The position numbers were made by a program, and so were the translations under genes. Below, piece by piece: positions 55,120-64,000 of a stretch of 64,000 nucleotides of DNA (positions are counted from its first letter, which is position 1; every line of letters begins with the position of its first letter). The DNA lies in NCBI GenBank assembly GCA_002104945.1, contig MCFH01000002.1, positions 1,240,001 through 1,304,000 on the forward strand, given 5' to 3'. Under the pieces are notes generated by a model. That model was not told where the DNA came from. It did not search any database and saw only the letters and a program-made list of their open reading frames with translations. Origin of the DNA: Piromyces finnis finn. Its lineage: Eukaryota > Fungi > Neocallimastigomycota.

Positions 55120-57291
55120 TTATGCAATTGATTTAATTATATTGATTTCATCATTTAATAAATAATAGGTTGTTTTTTTCTCACTGATAGAAGAAAAGTT
55201 AAAGTTTTTATTATTATTAAATAATTCTTTAATATTGAAGTTAGAATGAATATTTAACTCTAGTTTTTCAATAAAAGTATTACATAAAAGATTCTTAATT
55301 TCTTTTGGTTCAACTTCATCACTAATAGATATTGTTAATGATTTTAAATGATTAAACTTATTGTTTTTCTCGTTATTAATAAGAGTCTTTATACATTTTT
55401 CATTAAACCATGGACCTGATATTATTAAGGTTTCAATAGTATAACAATCTTTAAAAATATTATGAATATTATAAAAATAATTTGATATTGGTTCTACAAT
55501 AAATAGTTTTAATTCCTTAAGTTCTGGTAACTTTTTTAACCAACCATTGAATTTATCGATATCAAACCAGAGACGATAGGTATATGAACTATGAAGAGTT
55601 AATGATTTCAAATGAGAAAGAACAGGGAAACATTCAAAACATTTTTCTTCCTTTTGTTGTATCATTTTATCCCATTTTGTAGTTGGATTTGATCGTGATT
55701 TTGATTTTATATCTTGAATAACAACTACTTCTAGATATGGATTATTAATGAAAAACATTTTTAGAATGATATGTTTAATTGGAAATGAAAGGGTTAAATG
55801 AGTTAAATTATGACAAGATTTAGAAATATACTTCCAGGTAGAATAACCTGGATTATAAATTAAGTTTAAAAATTTATCTAAATCTATGGATAAATTTTTT
55901 ATTTCATCATAATTGAGGGAATTATCATTTCTTTTTTCAATATAGCCTATTATACTTTGAAATTGAGAATAAAATTTATTTAAAAAAATAGTAAAATTTT
56001 CATCTAAATTGGTATAATTTTGAAGATTATTATTTTCATTATCTAAATCATTGATATCATTATTATTATCATTATTATTATTATTGTTGTTGTTGTTGTT
56101 GTTATCATTATTAGCAATTGTTTCATTTGAAGATGTGTGCAAATTTTTTCTTATATTAAAGTATTCAGTATAGCTTTCAGGTAAATTCGTTAATGAAGCA
56201 AAACTTTCATTATTATAGCGATAGACTAAAAGATCTTTACTACTATTTAAACGTAATGATTTTAATTTAGATAAACAACTAGTATTGTTATTTTTTAATG
56301 AATACAATGCAAATGGAGAGAGAGGCTTATTTAAAGAAAATCCAAAATTCCTTAAATTTTTAAATTGAAATAGATAGCATAATAAAATATATTCATCATA
56401 ATTAACATGTTCTAAATAGAGTGTTGTAATGTTAGGACAATGAATTGGAAGGTAGAGTAAGTCTGGATAAGGAAATTCACAATAAAAAAGATCAATAACT
56501 TTCAAATTATTTGAATATTTAAATAAACTATCTTTAAACTGAACTTTATTTTGATTAGATACATATACATTTTCTACTAGTAATTTCTGAATATTCATTA
56601 TTGGTAATCTTATATTTATTAAGTCATTGTTTGAGTAGTTTGAATTAAAATACTGAGTAAATGGAAGGCTATTAACAATAGATTTTACTTTTTCAAAAAA
56701 TGTACTCTTTGTTTTTAATTTTGGATTTATATTTAATTGAGAATTGCTATACTTTAAAAAGGTAGATAAAGCTGTTAAGGATTGAACTAATTCTATATTT
56801 TCTTTTAATTCATTTCCATTTTCTTTTTCATCAATATTATCAATATAAACATTTTTAATATAACTTAAATATGGATAATATGGAATACATGGTTTTTCTA
56901 CTCGAAGATAATATTTAGTTAAACAATTAAGCTCCTTATTTTCTTTATTATTTAAGTATTTTATATAATCATTATAAAATTTTTCAAGATTTAAATTAAA
57001 CAAAGTATTATGAGAATAATCACTGTTATTATTATTATTGAAAATAAATTCATAATATAGACTATAATATTCTATAAAGGTCAGCAAGAATGGTAAAAAT
57101 GACCGATTTGTTAAAGAAATATCATTCCATAGACATGCTACGGCAACTTTAGATAAATATTTATTAGTAACTAAAACATTGTATAAACTTTTTGTATCAA
57201 GATTAAAAAGAATATTATAAATAATTTCTAATGGAAATTTTGTAATTTTTAATGGGTTTCTTTTCTGTTGAACGTCTTCTGTTCTACTCAT
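55120..57291 (-). CDS. F-box protein with degenerate RNI/LRR-like helical repeats; intronless
   Basis: N-terminal FPLEIIYNILFNLDTKSLYNVLVTNKYLSKVAVACLW; repeats such as CPNITTLYL, LSKLKSLRL, CHNLTHLTL, LSHLKSLTL, LPELKELKL. Confidence 0.8.
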   Translation of the reverse strand: MSRTEDVQQKRNPLKITKFPLEIIYNILFNLDTKSLYNVLVTNKYLSKVAVACLWNDISLTNRSFLPFLLTFIEYYSLYYEFIFNNNNNSDYSHNTLFNLNLEKFYNDYIKYLNNKENKELNCLTKYYLRVEKPCIPYYPYLSYIKNVYIDNIDEKENGNELKENIELVQSLTALSTFLKYSNSQLNINPKLKTKSTFFEKVKSIVNSLPFTQYFNSNYSNNDLINIRLPIMNIQKLLVENVYVSNQNKVQFKDSLFKYSNNLKVIDLFYCEFPYPDLLYLPIHCPNITTLYLEHVNYDEYILLCYLFQFKNLRNFGFSLNKPLSPFALYSLKNNNTSCLSKLKSLRLNSSKDLLVYRYNNESFASLTNLPESYTEYFNIRKNLHTSSNETIANNDNNNNNNNNNNNDNNNDINDLDNENNNLQNYTNLDENFTIFLNKFYSQFQSIIGYIEKRNDNSLNYDEIKNLSIDLDKFLNLIYNPGYSTWKYISKSCHNLTHLTLSFPIKHIILKMFFINNPYLEVVVIQDIKSKSRSNPTTKWDKMIQQKEEKCFECFPVLSHLKSLTLHSSYTYRLWFDIDKFNGWLKKLPELKELKLFIVEPISNYFYNIHNIFKDCYTIETLIISGPWFNEKCIKTLINNEKNNKFNHLKSLTISISDEVEPKEIKNLLCNTFIEKLELNIHSNFNIKELFNNNKNFNFSSISEKKTTYYLLNDEINIIKSIA

Positions 57292-57936
57292 TTGAAGATA
57301 TACTTTTTTATTTTTCTTTTTTAATAAAAATAGTTAAATTTAATATAAATATATATATATCATATGTATAATATGGTAATAATATATATATATTTATAAA
57401 TATATTTATGGTAAATTATACTATCTTGTTTTCCTTAATTCAAAACCTTTGAAAATATAAAAAACAAAAAAAGAAAAAAAGAGAAAAATGAAAATATTTC
57501 ATTAAAAGTAATAATATTTTCACATCATCATATTTTTATTAATATTTTTATTAATTATACTTCAGACATATTAGTAATATAAATAAATAAAATAAATAGT
57601 TATTATCATCAGGCATATTAATAAATTATAAAAAAAACCAAGTTTTTAATTTGCTTTTAAATCAATATTATTTATTATATTTGTTCTAGAAATAGTAATT
57701 CTTATATTAATTTAATATAGAATTGATTTATTAAAATTTAATATTATTTTTAAAATTTTATTTTGAAAAATGATTTGTTAAAAAATAATTATAATGTTAC
57801 ACATACTTGTAATGTTCCAAAAAGTTTTAAACAAGAAAATTATCTAATCCTTTAAATTTAATTATATAAAAATAAAGCAAAATCCTATCTCCTTATATAT
57901 ACTATTTCTTAATAACTAAATAAAATTAAATAATTA

Positions 57937-58165
<229 letters not shown>

Positions 58166-59069
58166 GTATTTGTATAAATAAATTGCTTATATTTAACTTT
58201 ATTTGAGAATTTTGTTTTTAAAGAGCTTTCAATTTTTTAAAACAATATACAATCATTTTTTTATTTAATAATTGATGTAAAGTAATAAAATTAAATGAAT
58301 AAAATACTACACAATATAAAGGTTTAAAAAGATTAACTAGAAAGGTTGAAAACACTTTTATATTGTTATGGAAAATTTATTTATAGTTTTTACTAAACTA
58401 TTTATAGTTAAAAGAAAAAAATAAAAGATAAATTCTAATTCATACTTTTTTTATTTAAAAAAGTAATCTTTTGATGTTAAATAACAACAATTTTTGATAT
58501 AAGTAAACTAAAATATTTAAGCTTATGAATTTATTTAAAAATTTAAAGTTATATAGTAATTTTATAGCTTTATAGAATTAAGTTTTAAGCAAGATTAAAG
58601 TTACATTTATTATTATATAATAAGATTTTAAAGTTTTAATCTTATCAATAAATTTTATATAATTAACTTTTCTATATAAAAAAAAAATTAACTTTAAAAT
58701 TTTTATTATTCAGTAATTTATAGTAATCTATTTAATAACACAAGAGAAATATCAAAAGTAAACAAATAGTTAACAATCTTAAATATTATAAAAAAATAAA
58801 AATAACTATAAAAAATGAAAAAAAAAAGAACAACAAAATAAAAACAAAAACATAAAAAGGATATTAAATATAAACATTATAATTTTATTTTTTGATGGTT
58901 AAATAGTTATATAATTAAATTTTATATATTACATTTTTGAAATCATCATTTAATTATTATTTAAAGTAATTTTGTAATTTTTAAATTATTCCAAATAATT
59001 ATCCTTTTTATTTATATCGTTTAAACTTTTTATATTTTTACATTTTTTATAATTTATATTTTTATTTTC

Positions 59070-59138
59070 CATTTTATTTTCTTTTTATTTTTCATTTTAT
59101 TTTCTTTTTATTTTTCATTTTATTTTCTTTTTATTTTT
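59070..59138. repeat. Three tandem copies of a 23-bp unit (cattttattttctttttattttt) upstream of the LRR gene
   Basis: Direct reading. Confidence 0.75.
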
Positions 59139-59274
59139 TAATTGTAAATTATATATTATTAAATTTTAAAATAATTGAAGACCAACTAATTAAAAAAGTA
59201 GATTGTATATAAAAGATTTTTTTTTTTCAATTAATCAACAACATATAAATATTTATTATCAGGATTTAGAGAAA

Positions 59275-61386
59275 ATGTTTGTTAGTGGAAAGAAATTATG
59301 TATTTTATTATCAGCTATTGGTAGTGCTTTAGCTGCTGCTAGTGATGAATGTGGATTTGTAAATTCTTTATTAGGAAATGATGAAGGATATAATTGCTGT
59401 GCTAAAGGATACCCTTCTATCAAATGTTCTGCCGATCATATTACATATATGTAATTTTATTATAATTTATAATAATAATTTTAATTATGAAGAATAATAT
59501 TATTTAACTGAAAGTTATACACTATATTTTTATTATATATATGTATTAAAAAAAAAAAACATCTTAAATCAATAATCTTAATAAACTTTTTGTTATTATA
59601 CCATTAAATACATTCAATACTATTTTAAATAATAATGATGAATATAAAAAACAACAGTGATTTAAGTAACAAAGATATTGAAATGGCTTTCCCTTCAATT
59701 GATTCCTTACCAGAATTAACTGTTTTGTAAATATTTACCCATTAAATTTATATTTAATAAAAATATATTTTATATACAAATATTAATAAAAATTCTATTA
59801 TTAAATAATTTATTTTAAAATCTATTCTTTTATATTCATTTTTCATTATATATATTAATTCATCACCTAAAAAATATTGAATCATTATTTTGCTTCCGGA
59901 ATTTTTTATATTAAAAAAAAAAAAAAAAAAAAATAGAAATTTGAGTGGTAATAAAATTTCTGGTTCTCTTCCAGATTTATCTGGTTTAGAAAATCTTATT
60001 CAATTGTAAATTTATCATTTTTTTTTCTTTCTCATTTTATTTTTTTTATATTCAACTATTTCATTAATATTCAATATTAATTATAAACAATATTATCTTC
60101 TTTTTTTAATAATAGAGATATAAGTGATAACCAAATTGAAGGTTCTCTACCAGAATCTATTGAAAAATTAACCAATTTAAAGATTCTTAAAGCTGGTGGA
60201 AATAGAATTTCAGATGTATCAGAAAAACTTACTTCTCTTTCTCTCTTAACTGATCTGTAGGCATTTATTATTATTAAATATTTAAATTTCAAATTATATT
60301 CTTATATTAACTTTTATATATATATATACATTTGATTAAATTAAAATAGTGATCTTTCAAATAATGGAATAGAAGGATCACTCCCAACCTTTTTATCAAA
60401 AATTCCTAATCTTAAATATTTGTAAATAGATAACCTTTTTTTATTTTTATTACTGAAATTGTAAAAAAAAAAAAACTTTCATAATTAATTATTCATTCAT
60501 ATTTTTAATTATGTAGAAATTTAAGTAAAAATAGTTTTTCTGGTCCTATCCCAGAAGATATAACTTCTATTTCTAATTTAATTTCTTTGTAAGTAATAAT
60601 GATAATAATAATAGCAATAAACCATAAAAATATTGAATAATATATTTTTTTACTAATATATACATTTTATTTAAACATTAAATAAAGAAATTTATCTAAA
60701 AATTCTCTTGAAGAAGTTATTCCATCCAGTATTAGTAACTTAAAAAATTTAAGATTCCTGTATGTATTTTTATATGAGATTTTTATATCAAGAAAGTTAT
60801 ATATAAAAATGTTTTTACCTTAAAAATAATAACTTATTTTTTTTTATTTATTAAATAGTGATTTAAGTGAAAATAAATTAAGTGGTTATATTCCAACAAC
60901 TGAATTTGAAAAATTAAATAATATTGCTTCAATGTAATATTTTAAAACTTTTTTTTATTCATTTCTATTATATATATTATAATATTAATTTTTTTTTTAA
61001 TTTTAATTTAATATATGTGTATTTATAGTAATTTGGAATCTAATCTTCTTTTAGTTGGTAAGATTCCAAAGATTTCATATGATTCAAATGATTATTCTTG
61101 TAAATTTAGAGACACCAACTTATGTTACCTTGAATCTGAAAAGAGAACTAAATGCAAATACACTAACTATGAATGTTCAAAGTGTGTCGAAAATGCTACT
61201 CTCAAGGATAATATGTGTACATGTAATGATGGATTTATAGGTGTTGGTTATGTCTTATGTACTGATGATTTAGATATTAATCTTAACCAAGGTTCTGAAA
61301 ATGCTTCAAACTTCAGAGCTACCTTCCAATCAATAACTCTTGCTACTATTGTCCTTTTAGCTTCTTATGTTCTTAACTTCATGTAA
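59275..61386 (+). CDS. Secreted/GPI-anchored LRR protein: signal peptide, Cys-rich cap, about 9 plant-type LRRs, EGF-like Cys domain, hydrophobic C-terminal tail; 9 exons
   Basis: Exons 59275-59450, 59658-59726, 59937-60005, 60116-60256, 60350-60421, 60517-60588, 60688-60759, 60859-60933, 61029-61386. Repeats fit LxLSxNxxxGxxPxxxxxLxxL; CVENAT..CTCNDGFIGVGYVLC; ends ITLATIVLLASYVLNFM. Confidence 0.9.
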
Positions 61387-62048
61387 AAATAACTGTAATT
61401 TCATTTTCTTTTTATAAAAAAGTGAAAAATATTATGTTTAAATATTAATGAATAATATATTATATAAATATATATAAAAAAATTAAAAAATGTTTAATTT
61501 TCGAGAATATCAATTTTATTTACAATTGTAAAATTTCAAAATTTCATAATAAATAAATATGTATATAAATAAAATAAAAAATTATTTTATTTTATTAAAC
61601 AAATAAAGCATTATTTGAAATTTAAGAGATAATTAGTAGAATTTCGTATTTTCATTTTACAAAAAAAAAAAAAAAAAAAGTAATATTATTAAACTTATAT
61701 AAAATTATTTTTATATCTATTTATGTTTTTCTAATTATTGACAATAATAGAGAATGAATTATATTTTATATAAACTTTTTATGCCTTTAGCAATGATTTA
61801 TTTATTATTTTTTAATTTATGAAATAAAAATTAATAGATATATTTTTAAAGTAGAAATAAAAATAGAAATATTTTTCAGGTTTTCTATGTTGATTTTTTT
61901 TAAATGAGATGAATTATTATTGATTAATAAAATATAAGCTTTCAGTAGTAAAATTAAATCATATTATTTAATTTCAATTATAGTTTTTGTTTTTTTATTT
62001 ATATTTTATTTATATATATATATTTTTTATTTATCATTGTTTTAACAA

Positions 62049-63475
62049 TTAGCTATTTTTTTTTTTATTTAAAATTTCAATCATTTTTTCAATTAAATTA
62101 CGATGATATTCTTTTTGCTTATTGATTATAGGAAGTGATTTGGTTTCGATCTTTGGTGACAATGATTCAATTGGTGAATTAATGTATTTTTCTCTTTCTG
62201 GATCTGTATTATTGAAAGTGTGATTTATGAGTGGGCTTTCTGATTGAATGATGGAGTAACGGCATTTTGGTAACATAGATATAGTAGAGCGTTTACTTTT
62301 TTTATCAGTTTTATGAGTAGTAATTGATGAAGATGTTGCTAATGAGGAAAGTGTTTCTGAATAAGAAGATATATTACTATTATCAGATTTTTCCTGATCC
62401 TTATTTTTAGAGGCAGAGAAAGAAGAATAGGTTGGTTTTTCTTCTTCATTATTTATTAAGATTTCATCATCATTAAGAATGACATCATCTGCCATTAAAT
62501 CATCGGTATCGACAACATCAAATAAGGCTTCTTGATATGATACTGTTGGTTGAGATGGTTTATAGGATTTGTTCGATGATACATCATTATATGCAATTTG
62601 TTTTCCTTTGCTTTTATTGATTGGCTTCATTTGTGTAATGACACTTCCAAAAGCAGTAGTCGTTGTTGTTTTGACAAAGTTTTGTTCTTTCTGATTCATT
62701 GGTCTTAAGTGAACATCCTCATCTTCACTTATTTCATTTTCTAGGTCATCTTCATTATAATATAATGATGATGAAGATGATGAATCATTTTGGATATTAA
62801 CACAATTTTCAGTACCTAATGAAAAAGCAGATAATCTTTGTTCTATTGATGCTATATCATCTTCTATTATTTTACACTCACAGCTTTTGGTGCTCTTTTT
62901 CTTATCTTTCATTTTATCTTTTAGTTTTTTAACTTCGACTTCCAAGTCAGAATCAATGTTAGATTCCATGTTAGCGGATAATGTATACATTGGAACAACA
63001 CCATTACCTGGGTTTGTAATAGTAATGTGAGGTTGTTGAACTAAGAGCACTGCCGGCATTTTACCATTATTATTGGCATTTAGACTAAGAGAAGGATTAG
63101 AGGATGGTACTACAACTTGAGGTGGTAATGATTGTATCATATTAGTATTATTTATTGGTTGTCTAATTGTTGTGGTTGGCACCATTTTGGGTGATAACAT
63201 AGCAATAGGTTCATTATTGTATTGGCTAAGGCTTGGAGTTGAACGAATAAAGATATATGGATTATTGTTTTGATATTGAATGTTATTTGATGAGCTATTT
63301 AACTTATCTGTCATAATACCTCCTGTATTTTGATTAACAACATTTTCATCTTCAATATAAACCCTATTATACACAATATTTTGGAAGGCTTGCTCTGTAA
63401 CATTATTAATAATTGGACAATTAATATATGAATTTCCATTATGATTTTGTATATTACTGAATTGAATTGGATTGC

Positions 63476-63521
<46 letters not shown>

Positions 63522-64000
63522 GTTATTGATTTGATTTTGGATTGGGGAATTTGTTTGAGGAGTTTCATTGAGAATTACTGGAATTTGGTTTGTCATTGGT
63601 TGTATTGGTACTTGAGCTTGTGTTGTAGTTTGAGGATGAGTTTGACCAGGAACGGTAGCATAAACAGTATAAAGATTATCAGAATCATTATTATTAGGTA
63701 CAGACATATTACTTGCTGAAGAAGTAATAGCTTGTTGTGATGATATCGTAGTTGTTAAGACATTTTGTTGCATTGGCATTGACGACATTTGATAATATTG
63801 TTGAGGTACATTATTTCCAGTTGTTGTAGTAACAATTTGAACTGGAATTGGCTGAATTTCATTACCAGCAATAATTTGACCTGGTATAGGCTGAATTTCG
63901 TTAATTGTAATTGGGTGATTTAGAGGAACTGTGGTTGTTGGAACATTAGTATATATAGAATTTGTAGTGGTAGATGCAAATTGACTATAATGTTGAGTTT
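62049..64000 (-). CDS. Low-complexity Gln/Thr/Asn/Ser-rich protein of unknown function, 5'-truncated by window
   Basis: The 579-aa ORF frame stays open upstream of 63788 to the window edge (TQHYSQF...NEIQPIP...NEIQPIP...); poly-Asn tract and acidic Ser-rich C-terminal half. Confidence 0.7.

Noticed and set aside
60241-60270. Apparent GC-AG intron in the LRR gene
   Set aside because: The in-frame donor is a canonical GT at 60257.

Overview
Extremely AT-rich, intron-rich eukaryotic DNA, almost certainly from an anaerobic gut fungus (Neocallimastigomycota), judged from the fungal dockerin (CBM10-type) repeats on a pectin lyase and the AT-rich introns and intergenic DNA. About 17 protein-coding loci were assembled by hand from GT-AG splice sites: STK33-like kinase (partial), Nup54/57, metaxin, PIG-L, a CCDC138-like coiled-coil protein, a PARL/Pcp1 rhomboid, a Zn2Cys6-PAS factor with a very long Asn/Met domain, an alpha/beta-hydrolase, a single-pass TM-SH3 protein, two further PARL-derived rhomboids, a secreted SH3b-SH3b-C39-like peptidase plus a truncated copy, a PL4 lyase with three dockerins, a MetR-like bZIP, ELMOD, an F-box protein, a GPI-anchored LRR protein and a partial low-complexity ORF. 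The most unusual region is 34.8-40.9 kb: a tandem [presequence-less rhomboid + bacterial-type cell-wall-binding cysteine peptidase] arrangement shaped by at least two duplication events of different age. The second highlight is the LRR-EGF-GPI gene (59.3-61.4 kb), built almost one repeat per symmetric exon. No rRNA, tRNA, CRISPR array or intact transposase was recognised. All family assignments are from motif recognition without database searches, and exon boundaries are predictions.
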